From the IMG/VR virus record IMGVR_UViG_3300047272_000250, positions 1-64,000 of that record: a stretch of 64,000 nucleotides of DNA; one strand, written 5' to 3'. The first letter of the stretch is position 1. Each line of letters opens with the position of its first letter. Source of the DNA: a virus. Its lineage: Duplodnaviria; Caudoviricetes. The translations under genes and the position numbers were made by a program. This document shows positions 45,827-56,563 of this stretch, piece after piece. The notes beneath the pieces are model-generated. The model did no database searches, was not told where the DNA came from, and worked only from the letters and a program-made list of their open reading frames with translations.

Positions 45827-46813
45827 TTATGCAGAAACCTTTACGTTCTTTACAACAACGAATGCCTCTGGATTCTCGATTGCACAACCTGTTCTTACGA
45901 ACATTGTGTATTCGATTGTATCCTTCTTTGGCTTGAATTCACGGTAGACCTGAATCTCACGCTTTACACCAACAACTAGGTTGTTAGCGAATGTAAGATG
46001 GATGTCACCATGATCTCCTGTAGCACCTGAGTAATCGCCGTCCTTTGTCTCATCGATCAAAGGTACTTCAACTACTGGAATACCGAATGCGAATGGAATT
46101 ACGCCTCCTGGAGCACCTGCTGGACCATTTGGGTTACCACGGAGAATTGAAGACGCAATGTCTTCAGGAGTTCCGCCGTTACCGATTGTAGTCAAGTTGT
46201 ATAGGTAGTCCTGTACCAAGTTAGAACCTGTAAAGAACTTAAGTTCATTACGGCGCTGCTTGTACTTACGTGGCATAGCCTTAATTGCACTGTTGAAAAC
46301 TGCCTTAGAGATTACTGCACCGCCTGCGTTTACAACGTTTGCTGACTCAAGTGCTAGTGCACGGAATCCCTTAAACGCTGACATCAAACCAGAACCTGTT
46401 CCAACACCGTTGATCAAAAGATCTTCGATATCGTTACCAGCCTGAGTTGCCATTAGGCGAGCAATGTGATCTTCAAGATCAGTTCCCTCGATGTTATCTT
46501 CAAGAGCTTCGCTTGAAAGTTCCCAGTCAAGACGGAGCTTCTTTGTTGTCAAAGAAATCTTTGTGAATGTGACTGCTGCATTAGCACCTGTTTGGGTTGC
46601 TTCTGTAGCTACTGTCATCAATCGTGTACCAACGCCAACCTTATCAATGTCTGCTGTGTTAGAACGCATGCGAACTGTACGAGCTGCACGGGCAAGGATG
46701 GTAGCATCGAACATGTAATCGATGAATCGGTTAGCCTGGTCTGTGTTAAGAAGACCACCATTTCCTGATCCAACGTTTGTAGTGTCTACTACTTTTTGTA
46801 GAATATCGCTCAT
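45827..46813 (-). CDS. Major capsid protein (HK97 fold)
   Basis: GGLLN..QA..FID, ELSSEALEDNIEG, FGIPVVEVP. Confidence 0.93.
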   Translation of the reverse strand: MSDILQKVVDTTNVGSGNGGLLNTDQANRFIDYMFDATILARAARTVRMRSNTADIDKVGVGTRLMTVATEATQTGANAAVTFTKISLTTKKLRLDWELSSEALEDNIEGTDLEDHIARLMATQAGNDIEDLLINGVGTGSGLMSAFKGFRALALESANVVNAGGAVISKAVFNSAIKAMPRKYKQRRNELKFFTGSNLVQDYLYNLTTIGNGGTPEDIASSILRGNPNGPAGAPGGVIPFAFGIPVVEVPLIDETKDGDYSGATGDHGDIHLTFANNLVVGVKREIQVYREFKPKKDTIEYTMFVRTGCAIENPEAFVVVKNVKVSA

Positions 46814-46846
46814 TTTATTTATTTCACCTCTTTCCTTTTTCTAGAA

Positions 46847-48169
46847 TTAGTAAATGTCACGGACGCTGAGGAAATGCCCGCCCCACTTATTGTTATTTTT
46901 TGTTATTTTAACATCTGACCCGTCCAGATCAGAAGACTTTTTGATTGCTGTTTCGCTCTCAACACCATCTACACGCTTCTCAACTGATGAGATATGTGCC
47001 TTGATATTATTAACGACCTCTGCGAGTTCGTTGTACTTTGTTGTAACTTCTGCAATCTTTGCATCAACCTGAGTAGTAAGATTAGATACTGCCTCCGCTG
47101 TTGCTGTTTTTGTAATTTCCGCTGAGAAGAATGCCTTCATGTCATCAAACATCTTTGCAAAATCAGTTTCTTCAACTTCTACTTCCGCTACTGGTGCGCT
47201 TGCTTCTTCAGCTGGCGCAGCTGCTTCTTCTGTAGGTGTTGCTTCCTCCGCTGGTGCTGCTGGTGCTTCCTCAGCATCTGCAGACTTTGTGAGTTCAGCT
47301 TCAGTTACCTCTTCGACGTTAGCTACTGCTTCTGCCGTTACTTCGTCCTGTGTTATTGTTGCTTCTGCCACAGTAACACCTCCTTCGGTATTTGAATTAT
47401 TTTGCTCAGACTTTTCGACAGTCTCAGACAAAACACCTCTCGATTGCTTGTATGCATCAAGAATTCTGTTGATTTCGTTTGACTTATTTGTGTCAGATGT
47501 TTCTACCCAACCAATGTTCTCAAGAACTCTGTCTGTTGTTGGTGACTTAAATTCTGATTCCTTAGAAAGGAAAACTTCATCTGAAGTTGAATCATAAAAA
47601 ATGTTTTCTACTTGTACATCTGCTGCAATACCAGAAAATGTATTTCCGTCTGCAGTCTTCTGAATTGAAAAAATATTTGAAAGCTGATTTGCTGGATTGT
47701 CTACTAGTGAAAGTTCTGTAAGATCGTATTCCTTGATAACACGAATTGACTTATCCATCTCAGAGTTAAATTCATTATCGGTCTTCTTTACATTCCCGCC
47801 GATTGAGAATCCTGAAAGAGTTCCATCAAGAACTTTCTCCCATGTATCTTGTGCGCCCTTTGAAACATATACGTCTACGAATATTCCGTTGTGCTCCTTG
47901 CCAGTCTTTTTATCGAAGAATGTTTCCTTGCGGAATGAAACCATCTTGCCTACTGCAAGTGGTGTGTGCATTTCACGGATGTTTCCACGGAAGTTTTCAA
48001 ATGCTTTTGTTGACGCATCTGCGGCGACGATATCACCGTGCTGATCAATATTATCTAGGGTAGCAAAGCCAGAAACGAGTCTACGTTCTTTGTCGACTTT
48101 AGCGATAGGCATTGACAGTCTGAGACTATCCCCATCACTGTACCAATTTGATTTGATTATTTCAGTCAT
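46847..48169 (-). CDS. HK97-type prohead protease with scaffold extension
   Basis: GFSIGG, ELSLVDNPAN; acidic Ala/Glu-rich coiled-coil C-terminus; leaderless after TGCTAAAAT. Confidence 0.92.
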   Translation of the reverse strand: MTEIIKSNWYSDGDSLRLSMPIAKVDKERRLVSGFATLDNIDQHGDIVAADASTKAFENFRGNIREMHTPLAVGKMVSFRKETFFDKKTGKEHNGIFVDVYVSKGAQDTWEKVLDGTLSGFSIGGNVKKTDNEFNSEMDKSIRVIKEYDLTELSLVDNPANQLSNIFSIQKTADGNTFSGIAADVQVENIFYDSTSDEVFLSKESEFKSPTTDRVLENIGWVETSDTNKSNEINRILDAYKQSRGVLSETVEKSEQNNSNTEGGVTVAEATITQDEVTAEAVANVEEVTEAELTKSADAEEAPAAPAEEATPTEEAAAPAEEASAPVAEVEVEETDFAKMFDDMKAFFSAEITKTATAEAVSNLTTQVDAKIAEVTTKYNELAEVVNNIKAHISSVEKRVDGVESETAIKKSSDLDGSDVKITKNNNKWGGHFLSVRDIY

Positions 48170-48207
48170 AAGCTTATTTTAGCAACGTTTTTGTATAAAT
48201 ACCAAAA

Positions 48208-49785
48208 TCAGGGCGTAACACGCCCTTCTCCTTGTGGATTTCTAGCATTTCCTGGTGTATCAACTTGATTACCTTGTCTTTCTTGATCACGTCGTCTGTT
48301 ACCAGTTGCTTGTGCTGTTGCTTCTGAAGCTTGCTGTCCAGTAAGCTGAACTGGCTCATCCCCACCAGATCTGCCAGCCATACCTAGTCTAGCACGAACT
48401 TCATTAGGAACAATGACCTTCATTCTCAAATATCTTTCATCGATCTTTGACTGAGTGTCTTCATCTGTTAATGTTAATTCGTTGAACTTAAGTGTGAATG
48501 CATCTGTAAACTCTGCGATGATTCTATTGATCTTCTTTTCAAGATTCTTTTGTTCTGGTCTTGCAACCTGCTCCTTGAATGTCTTGTCTGCATCTTTAGC
48601 TGCTGCAAGAGAGACGCCTTCTGGAAGTCCCAGCTTTGAAATTGGAACTCTATGTGAAATAAGAATTTCATCTCTGTTCATTCTACGGTATTGATTAAAT
48701 GATGAGTCTTGAACTCCTGATTCAACCGCTTCCATTTTGAACTCTACCTTATTACCATCTTCATCTGCAGGAAGTGGAATATAAAGTGATCTATGATTCT
48801 TACCCTTAAGATTTGTCTGGAAGAATTCAAGCAACTTAGCTTCTGATGAACGGCTAAGTGTTGCACCCTTTACAGTAATGATATATCTTGGAACCGCTTT
48901 GTTTTCAAAGTAGTCAAGGTTAAAGCGCTGTGCAAATTCATCTCCAGCTAATGCTGTCTTTGCTGGGATAATGTCTGGTACGCCATAATAGCTATTATTT
49001 GGTGTGTACTTCTTTAGGTGAATAACTTCGTTTGGACGTGGATCATCTCCGATTGGATTTTCTGTTTCTGTGTCCTGGAAGTTTCTAAAGAATGTGATTC
49101 TATTTCCAACGATTTGAACAAAGCCATCACGCTGCTTACGTACACGCATTGTAGTAGCAGGGATATGTCCAATAAATCCTATCTGTCCGTTTACCTTACG
49201 GCCAATTTCAATAAAGCCATTTCCTGTTGCCTCACGGTCTAGGAATGCTTTTGTTAATGTCTCTGTGAATGTGTCTTCTTCATTCATCAATTCTAGTTGA
49301 TCCTGAAGTTCTTCCTTCAGGCTTTCTAGTCTTCTTCTAAATGCAGCAAGCTTCTTCTGATCATCTCCGTATTCAGACATCTTCTCTTTTGTCTTACGTG
49401 TCTCAAGGAATTCATATCCGAGACCGACGATGTTTGAAGCCTTTGCATTACATGCAGCGAAGTGTGGTGAAGATACTTCGTAAATCTTTGCTAGGTAGTC
49501 TAGATTGTATGGAGGGGTAACAACATCCATGATGTCGTATCCCATAAGGATTTCTGTCTCGACCTTCTTTGATTCTGCACCGTCTTGTCCTCTTTGGAAC
49601 TTCTGGAGAAGTCTTGTATTCTTTCTCTTGAAGTTTGGAGAGAAGCCACGATACTTAGCAATGTCTTCTGCCTTTGCATCAAATGGATCTGCGCTAGATT
49701 CTGTTTCTGATACTCCAAAGAATTCGCCAGATATTCTAGCGTGAATTTCTCTTGTGTTATCTTCGTCGTTAACTACGTCTGACAT
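48208..49785 (-). CDS. Portal protein
   Basis: TGNGFIE, YYGVPD, YFENKAVP, HRVP, PNEVRARLG. Confidence 0.93.
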   Translation of the reverse strand: MSDVVNDEDNTREIHARISGEFFGVSETESSADPFDAKAEDIAKYRGFSPNFKRKNTRLLQKFQRGQDGAESKKVETEILMGYDIMDVVTPPYNLDYLAKIYEVSSPHFAACNAKASNIVGLGYEFLETRKTKEKMSEYGDDQKKLAAFRRRLESLKEELQDQLELMNEEDTFTETLTKAFLDREATGNGFIEIGRKVNGQIGFIGHIPATTMRVRKQRDGFVQIVGNRITFFRNFQDTETENPIGDDPRPNEVIHLKKYTPNNSYYGVPDIIPAKTALAGDEFAQRFNLDYFENKAVPRYIITVKGATLSRSSEAKLLEFFQTNLKGKNHRSLYIPLPADEDGNKVEFKMEAVESGVQDSSFNQYRRMNRDEILISHRVPISKLGLPEGVSLAAAKDADKTFKEQVARPEQKNLEKKINRIIAEFTDAFTLKFNELTLTDEDTQSKIDERYLRMKVIVPNEVRARLGMAGRSGGDEPVQLTGQQASEATAQATGNRRRDQERQGNQVDTPGNARNPQGEGRVTP

Positions 49786-50114
49786 TATTTAATCCCCGAA
49801 TTTCTTAGAGCCTCTTTGTATTCACCAATGTCCAATGGATCTGGTGTAAGTCCCCACTTAAGTCTTGCCTTCTGTTCTTCATATTCCTCGTCATTAATTT
49901 TTCTCTGACCAGAAAGAAATACTGCACTACCAGTTTCAATTCCGAAACCTTTGACAACCTCTGTGATTGCATCTACCTTAGTCTTGTCGCCTTTAAATGC
50001 AGCCACTGACAAATAGTTACCCTGGTCGTCTCCCACCCAGCGTCCGTCTGGCATCTGCCAGATATACACGCCTAGCGTGGTCTCTTCTAGAACTGATGTT
50101 TTAATTGATTTCAT
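49785..50114 (-). CDS. Conserved hypothetical protein upstream of portal
   Basis: Leaderless ATG 6 nt after TGGTATCAT. Confidence 0.75.
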   Translation of the reverse strand: MKSIKTSVLEETTLGVYIWQMPDGRWVGDDQGNYLSVAAFKGDKTKVDAITEVVKGFGIETGSAVFLSGQRKINDEEYEEQKARLKWGLTPDPLDIGEYKEALRNSGIK

Positions 50115-50174
50115 ATAGCAATGATACCATCTTTTATGATAATATGCCAGGATTTGTCACAAGTAAGTACAGAT

Positions 50175-52463
50175 TTATGATCTTTGTAGGGCATAGCGGT
50201 ATGGAATAAGACCATAATCGATAATCTCTAGCCCAATATTGTCCGTAACCAAGGACTCTTGTGGATATCCAGTAAATGATTCATACTCGTTCTCTACGTC
50301 ATACTGGTCTAATACATAGGCTGCCATAGCAAATACTCCAAGTGAAAGATCAGTTTGGTTTGCTCCCGTCGAATCTGACCCTACATAAATATCTGTTCCA
50401 GCGTTTATCTTTGAAGTAGAAGTTAGGACAACGTGGACCCAATCTCCAACCATAGCCTGATTGTCAAATATCTCTGAGCCATTTACGTACATCTTATTAA
50501 AGCCTGGGTGTTGCCAAGCTGAGCCATCCCAGTGCAAAGACTTCGATCCAGACTGAAGAATATACTTCGTTCCAGATAGAGCCTCGTTAATTTTAAATAC
50601 AATAGTTATAGATTTGGTTCCATTAAATCCACCAGCATCTTGGTTTTTAGATTGAGACGGGATTGTGAGATAAGAATTACCAGCAAGTCTTATTCCAGCC
50701 TGATCTATTCTGTCTAAGATTTCTACATCGTCATCAAATATGACAGCATTATCCTTATTGTGAATAGTGGCTACTTCATGAGAGTTCTCTGAAATAACCC
50801 GCTTCATATCTTCACCGTAAACATAAAGTCCTAGGTTCTTCAACTTAGGAAGATCATTAACTGAATCATCTGTACTTAGCTTAATATTGATATTATAAGT
50901 ATTAACCTGATTTGTTGGATCATCTAAAAGTCCTGGCATAGAAGCAAACTTTGGCCAAGCCTGTCCGTTATTATATGTGACATAAATATTATCTGAGCTT
51001 GCTGTATAGAAAGCAAGAGATCCATCATAGTCATAGCTAGGAACGTATATAAGGCCTTCTGAGTACCCATACTGTGACCACTTAAGGTTTCCTGCCAACT
51101 TCAGTATAAAGTCGCTCTCAAGGCCGTATAGGGTTGCTGTTGGTGTGCTTTCTAGCTGTGTGCCAGACTTAATTGCAACCCATGAAAAATTAGTAGCTGA
51201 ATAAATACTATTTACTCTACCAATATATGCTAAAGTAATTGAAGATAGATATGCAACCTCAGAATGAATATTAGATCCATTTAAGTAAATATTAATTGAC
51301 CCTGACTTTAGATTAACAAGAACTTCATTCCATCCAGATATTGGAGATACTGTTGTTACTGTTTCTTGTCCATTGATTCCTATTACTAAGAATCCCGCCG
51401 TATTTGAATAAACATATAGGCTTTGGGCAGAGTTTGAATTCTCTAAAGATAGGATTGCATATTCTCCAGATTGCTTGTAGAAGCTTGTGGCTATTGCAAC
51501 TCCAGTATCTGCTAGCTGGACTATGCTGGATACGTCAAGGTACTGTGATCCAGATAGGGCCAGGGAGTTTCTTGAGCCCACTGTTGAAAATGACGGGGTG
51601 CCAGAAGATACCTTCTGATCATCGATATATCTAAGGGTAAGCTCATTCTTATCTGTAAATACAGAGTTAGTAAATTTGAATGACTGCCAGTTATTTAAGA
51701 ATGAGTAGGCAAGTACGCACTCATTATTATTAGGCATATAGTAGACCTGTGAGTTTGCTGTAAAGTAGTTACCTTTATTTAGGGACTTTCTAGAAAGATC
51801 TGAATGGTCAATAGCACGGGACTTATCAATGTTGTATCCATAGATAGCTACAGAGTCTATTGTTATATCATAGACATTTGATCCCGCCGTTTTAATTTTA
51901 TTTGAAGTCTGGCTAAACGAGAACTCTCCATTAATTGAAGATGAGTACTTAGATGAGATATTCTTTCCATTTACAGTCAAGGAGATCTGGCTAGACGAGT
52001 AATTAGCAATTACATGATATCTGCGCTTCCAGTCAGGAACTTCATAGGAAACAAAATAGTCAGTATTTGGCTCTGGCTTAAAGTAGATCTTGTTGCCAGA
52101 TACATAAATTCCATACTTATTACTAGCAATGTTTCCTAGAATAATTAGATCTTCTGATAAAGATGTGTCATTTGTCTCTAGTTTAAAGTATGCTTCAAGG
52201 GAGAATGCTTTTTGTTCCCGCCCCTTAGTCCAAATTCCAGGGGATCCTGGGAGAGTGTATTCAATGACTGCAGTAGAGTCTGTAAGTCTTGTTCCGTAAA
52301 TTCCATTTGAGACTAGCGGGATAGCCTTATCAAAAATTGCACCTGAGTATGTGGCGTCTACGCCATAGCCTGTTGCCTCCGCCGCTATTCCTAAAGATGC
52401 ATTATCGTCTAATGGCCAGTAAGAGAGCGGGCTTTGAGACATTATTATCTCTCTATATCCCAC
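50175..52463 (-). CDS. LamG/concanavalin A-like multi-domain structural protein
   Basis: PLSYWPLDD, FSLEAYF, IDSVAIY, WVHVVLT. Confidence 0.78.
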   Translation of the reverse strand: MGYREIIMSQSPLSYWPLDDNASLGIAAEATGYGVDATYSGAIFDKAIPLVSNGIYGTRLTDSTAVIEYTLPGSPGIWTKGREQKAFSLEAYFKLETNDTSLSEDLIILGNIASNKYGIYVSGNKIYFKPEPNTDYFVSYEVPDWKRRYHVIANYSSSQISLTVNGKNISSKYSSSINGEFSFSQTSNKIKTAGSNVYDITIDSVAIYGYNIDKSRAIDHSDLSRKSLNKGNYFTANSQVYYMPNNNECVLAYSFLNNWQSFKFTNSVFTDKNELTLRYIDDQKVSSGTPSFSTVGSRNSLALSGSQYLDVSSIVQLADTGVAIATSFYKQSGEYAILSLENSNSAQSLYVYSNTAGFLVIGINGQETVTTVSPISGWNEVLVNLKSGSINIYLNGSNIHSEVAYLSSITLAYIGRVNSIYSATNFSWVAIKSGTQLESTPTATLYGLESDFILKLAGNLKWSQYGYSEGLIYVPSYDYDGSLAFYTASSDNIYVTYNNGQAWPKFASMPGLLDDPTNQVNTYNINIKLSTDDSVNDLPKLKNLGLYVYGEDMKRVISENSHEVATIHNKDNAVIFDDDVEILDRIDQAGIRLAGNSYLTIPSQSKNQDAGGFNGTKSITIVFKINEALSGTKYILQSGSKSLHWDGSAWQHPGFNKMYVNGSEIFDNQAMVGDWVHVVLTSTSKINAGTDIYVGSDSTGANQTDLSLGVFAMAAYVLDQYDVENEYESFTGYPQESLVTDNIGLEIIDYGLIPYRYALQRS

Positions 52464-52506
52464 GATACTCCTTTATTTATAGTATACCAATTATAAGTGC
52501 TGAAGG

Positions 52507-54099
52507 CTAGAAAGTAATTGTTCCAGTTCCCGCTGTAAATCGATAAACTCTATATCCAGAGCGAGTTGGAGTGTCGTATGTTAATGTTCCAGGAATACTT
52601 GATATTGCTGGCATTGTATCTGGATATGCAACAATTACTACTCCAGAGCCTCCAGTACCACCTGGTCCAGCATCTCTAGAGCCTCCGCCACCGCCACCAG
52701 TGTTTGCAGCTCCATTTTGTGCATACTGAGTTGTACTTATTCCACTTCTATTATCATATCCAGCACCGCCGCCGCCTTGTCCACCTTGGCCATGTCCAGC
52801 ACTGCCGTCACCACAGCCACCACCGCCTCCTGCATAATAAGTTGCAGTTCCAGTAATAGAATATTGTTTTCCTATTCCACCATTTCCTCCAACGCTTGGT
52901 GTTGCATTAGCTCCTGCTCCGCCTGCGCCTCCACCACCGCCGCCTGCCCAGCTGCCTTGATATCCAGTTCCTCCTGTAAATCCAAATCCTGTTGCGTCAG
53001 ATGGAGATGTTTGAGTTGATACACCTGCTGCACCATTAGATTCTGCAGCTCCTCCGCCTCCACCAGATCCTCCAGGTCTGCCAGTTTGTGTAGTATATCC
53101 ATCAGCTCCAGATGCTGGGTTATTACTGCCATGGCCACCGCCTCCACCACCACCAAGTGCCAATAGTGTTCCAAATACTGAGTTAGAGCCATAGCTTCCA
53201 GGTCTTGATCCACTTTGCTGTGTTGGTCCTCCTGCTCCTCCAGAGCCTACAGTAATTGTTTTAGTAGAAGATAGTGTAATTGGATATGATGCAGAATATA
53301 CCAATCCTCCTGCTCCTCCGCCACCACCAACTTGTGAACCACCGCCGCCACCGCCTGCTACTACAAGGACTTCAATATTAGTAATGTTAGCTGTTAAGCT
53401 AAATGTTCTTGGCACAGTATTTGCACCATCTGTTGCATTTACTGTAAAAGTATATGTTGTATTTGTCGTGATATCTGGCAAAGTTCCTGAAATTACTCCA
53501 GAGCTAGAATTTAAAGTAACTCCAGAAGGGAGGCTTGATCCGTTAGCCAATGCATATGTTATAGTGCTAGATTCTGGATCTGTTGCAGAAAGAGCAGATA
53601 AAGTTATGCTTAGTTGTTCATTAAATGTACCAAGGCTTCCTGCTGGTGTCTGCCAAATTGGGCTCTGATTAATATAAAGTGCATCTGGGAGTAATCCAAA
53701 AAGATTAGACGTATTTGTAACCTTAATGTCATAAGGCTCGTATGCTGCAGATAGACCTGAAAACGTTGTAGTAATAGATACGATAGAGTTTACAGTTGTT
53801 GAATTAGCATTTACCTCTACGCCATTTGTTCCAATTGCTGAAGCAATTGCCCCTGTTGAAAAATTTGTTCCTGTAATATCTAGAGTAGCTGAGCCTACTG
53901 ATTCAAGATAGTTACCAGATACTGAAACTACACCAGGTGTCTCAGATACAATATTCTGCCAACCAGTATTTGTATAAAGTTCTAGACGCTTTTCTTCTCC
54001 ATTTGAATACAGCTTACCTATACCTGCATTAGCTGGACGACCAGCATTATTACCATATGGAATTCCTCCACCAGTAATATCTGAGAATTTAATTGTCAT
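52507..54099 (-). CDS. Modular fibre/adhesin: N-terminal Mtd_N-like motif, IPT, Ig (He_PIG-like), Gly-rich C-terminal domain
   Basis: GGIPYG...RP, LPSGVTLNSSSGVISGT, EVLVVAGGGGG...GGSGVVIVAY. Confidence 0.8.
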   Translation of the reverse strand: MTIKFSDITGGGIPYGNNAGRPANAGIGKLYSNGEEKRLELYTNTGWQNIVSETPGVVSVSGNYLESVGSATLDITGTNFSTGAIASAIGTNGVEVNANSTTVNSIVSITTTFSGLSAAYEPYDIKVTNTSNLFGLLPDALYINQSPIWQTPAGSLGTFNEQLSITLSALSATDPESSTITYALANGSSLPSGVTLNSSSGVISGTLPDITTNTTYTFTVNATDGANTVPRTFSLTANITNIEVLVVAGGGGGGSQVGGGGGAGGLVYSASYPITLSSTKTITVGSGGAGGPTQQSGSRPGSYGSNSVFGTLLALGGGGGGGHGSNNPASGADGYTTQTGRPGGSGGGGGAAESNGAAGVSTQTSPSDATGFGFTGGTGYQGSWAGGGGGGAGGAGANATPSVGGNGGIGKQYSITGTATYYAGGGGGCGDGSAGHGQGGQGGGGAGYDNRSGISTTQYAQNGAANTGGGGGGSRDAGPGGTGGSGVVIVAYPDTMPAISSIPGTLTYDTPTRSGYRVYRFTAGTGTITF

Positions 54100-54488
54100 C
54101 CTAGTCTCCATCCAAGAGTCGGACCAGTATATATTAATACCGCCGCTGCTTTATCTACGTCAATTATAGCATTTTCTGCTACCCCGTTAATATTTTTATT
54201 ATTACGGTTAATTATAATGTTATGTGTTCCCGCCGTTCCAGATGCATCAAACAACTGAACCTCGTCTCCTAGAGACGGGTTAGCAGGAAGTGTAATAGTT
54301 CTTTCAGATGAAGTGTCTACAAAGTAACGATATCCTGGTTGAGCAGTTATATCAGAAGATACAGATGCTGAAACTTCTTTTTTGCGCTGAATAAGGTCTG
54401 CCTGTGTTACATAATCTGGCGGGATAGCAGCCATTATGCCTACATTTACCCACTCAGTTCCGCTCCATACCTTAATTGTTTTAGCCAT
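54096..54488 (-). CDS. Small fibre-associated beta protein
   Basis: YFVDTS..TITLPANPSLGDEVQLFDASG...GW domain shared with the C-terminus of 58416..60272. Confidence 0.75.
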   Translation of the reverse strand: MAKTIKVWSGTEWVNVGIMAAIPPDYVTQADLIQRKKEVSASVSSDITAQPGYRYFVDTSSERTITLPANPSLGDEVQLFDASGTAGTHNIIINRNNKNINGVAENAIIDVDKAAAVLIYTGPTLGWRLG

Positions 54489-54684
54489 TTATAGCACCCC
54501 ACTTATTCATTGGACACGAGGAGTAGTCTACTAAAATCTTTGAGTTCATGTTGCAACCACACAAAACACATATATTTTCGTTAAGCTTATCGCAACCATT
54601 GCAGAATTCTGCTCTTTTTATAATTACATCTTCTCCTACAAAGCCAATCTCTCCTACATGGCTAGTATCTAAATTATTTAACAT
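54481..54684 (-). CDS. Small Cys-rich protein (DUF6171-like)
   Basis: R...CNGC...CVLCGC...K...CPMNKW. Confidence 0.75.
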   Translation of the reverse strand: MLNNLDTSHVGEIGFVGEDVIIKRAEFCNGCDKLNENICVLCGCNMNSKILVDYSSCPMNKWGAING

Positions 54685-56563
54685 ATATTGAAAACGCCTC
54701 CGTTGAAGAATCTCCCCATTTTATTTCCCCATCACTTTGCTTTGAGTTAATTCCAGACATAAAGTGTAAATTTGTCCCAACATAATTAGGATAGAATCCC
54801 CAACATATAGGAGAGCCTAAGCCAGTTGGGAAAGCACTTGCTACGTTTGTATAGTTATGGTCTGAAATCCATTGGAAGTTTCCGCTTCCATGGGTACATC
54901 TACCTTGTGGGTCATTACTGTATGTGCAATAAAAACTATATGTTCCGTTATTATGTGGGTCTACAGACAAGGTGTAGTTTAGGGTAGGATCTAGGTCGGT
55001 ACCCCATGCTGGTAGTGAAGATGTATATGTAAGCTTTCCAGTTCCTCCGCCATAGGCAAACAATGAGTCTCCAGCAGTACCATTTCCATAAACTCTTTGA
55101 ATTCCACAAGCTGAATTATTTGGAACTGCAAAATTTGTACCCCATTGAGTCCATGTTGTTCCATTATCACTATAATAAATTCCTGCAGCTCCAGTTCGTG
55201 AGCCGCCATTATATACAGAGTAGAAGTATGAACCTACTACAGTTTTTGGTGTTACAAAGTCATATGTGTACTCTGTTCCAGTTCCTGGGATAGATCCGCT
55301 ATCCGAACAGTTATCTGTAGTAAAATTAATAATATCTTGATCTGTTGTTGTTCCAGCTAACATAAGACCAATACGTGATGCACGAGGATAATGTGTTGAT
55401 CCGTTTTCTACACGATACTTCCAATATCTATGAGGTGATGACGCATTTCCATTATTTGCTTTCATCAGAATACTATTTGTTGTTTGAAGTGCTGTTATAT
55501 CTGCAGTTCTTAACTTACCAGGGGCCAAGTTATTTTCTGCTTCTATCCAGGCTCCATTTTCGTTAATAGAGCTAGCTGTAGACATTGAAGTATTGTTGTT
55601 ATAAGAAAGAGCTTTAACCCATCCTCCGCCATCTCTACTATTTATTACGTAGGCCTGGAAAGCATAAGAACCAGTTGGATTCAACCAGAATATTCCATCA
55701 GTTGTTATTCCAAGATTGCGTATGGCTGTTCCGCTTGCAGCAGCTCTTGCTTGACTTGATCCATCAGCTAGCAACCTTGATACATTAAAAGACCTAGATG
55801 AAGTATTTAATCCATCTGATGCTGTAACATTAAAGTTATACGTTGTATCTGATGAAATAGATGGAAACGTACCCGTAATGCTTCCAGTTGAAGAGTTTAA
55901 CGACATCCATGGCAGTAAATCTGTTGATGAATATATCACCTGGGTTCCATCTGGGTCTGTTGCGGAAACAGAAGTAGATAAGCTAGATACGTTGGTTGAT
56001 GTAGTAAGAATATTTCCACTTGCAGTATTCCAGTTAGGATTTCCTCCAGCATCTAAGCAATTTTCTAAAATACTAAACTGGCCGTCATTATTAATAACCT
56101 TAACATCATAAGGTTCGTATGCTACTGGAAGATTTGGCGTAGTTGCAGATATTCCAGTCGAAGAAACATACGTTACTACCTGCGCTTCTCTTTCGACTAA
56201 ATCTGTTCCAATGAATCTTACAACTGGACCAGTTTTAAAAGATGCCCCAACAATATTAACTGTAGTTCCAGCAACTGGAGCTGATGAAGGATTAATAGAA
56301 GCAACTTCTGGAGCAGGATCTTGAGACACCTTTTCCCATCCAGCTATTCTATATCCAATCAAAGCATTCAATGTTGTATCAAAGTATATGTCACCTATTG
56401 ATGGTGATGAAGGCCTATTTGCTGTTGTTCCTCTACCTACATGTCCGTTTGCTGCAGTCGCATGTGTTGAAACTGCAGCGGACACAGCAGCGGTAACCTC
56501 AGTATCAGTAGCAATAGCTGTGTTTGCTGATAGTATATTTGCTATATCTCTGGCTTTAGACAT
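54674..56563 (-). CDS. Modular fibre/adhesin with IPT, Ig, fibrinogen-like and discoidin-like domains
   Basis: MSKARDIAN, GTTANRP, DGIFWLNP...DGGGW, RYWKYRV, YYSDNGTTW. Confidence 0.78.
   Translation of the reverse strand: MSKARDIANILSANTAIATDTEVTAAVSAAVSTHATAANGHVGRGTTANRPSSPSIGDIYFDTTLNALIGYRIAGWEKVSQDPAPEVASINPSSAPVAGTTVNIVGASFKTGPVVRFIGTDLVEREAQVVTYVSSTGISATTPNLPVAYEPYDVKVINNDGQFSILENCLDAGGNPNWNTASGNILTTSTNVSSLSTSVSATDPDGTQVIYSSTDLLPWMSLNSSTGSITGTFPSISSDTTYNFNVTASDGLNTSSRSFNVSRLLADGSSQARAAASGTAIRNLGITTDGIFWLNPTGSYAFQAYVINSRDGGGWVKALSYNNNTSMSTASSINENGAWIEAENNLAPGKLRTADITALQTTNSILMKANNGNASSPHRYWKYRVENGSTHYPRASRIGLMLAGTTTDQDIINFTTDNCSDSGSIPGTGTEYTYDFVTPKTVVGSYFYSVYNGGSRTGAAGIYYSDNGTTWTQWGTNFAVPNNSACGIQRVYGNGTAGDSLFAYGGGTGKLTYTSSLPAWGTDLDPTLNYTLSVDPHNNGTYSFYCTYSNDPQGRCTHGSGNFQWISDHNYTNVASAFPTGLGSPICWGFYPNYVGTNLHFMSGINSKQSDGEIKWGDSSTEAFSIYVK

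Noticed and set aside
52560-53360. CCACCG/CCTCC low-complexity repeats (also at 63300-63870)
   Set aside because: Explained by Gly-rich coding sequence, not a DNA repeat array
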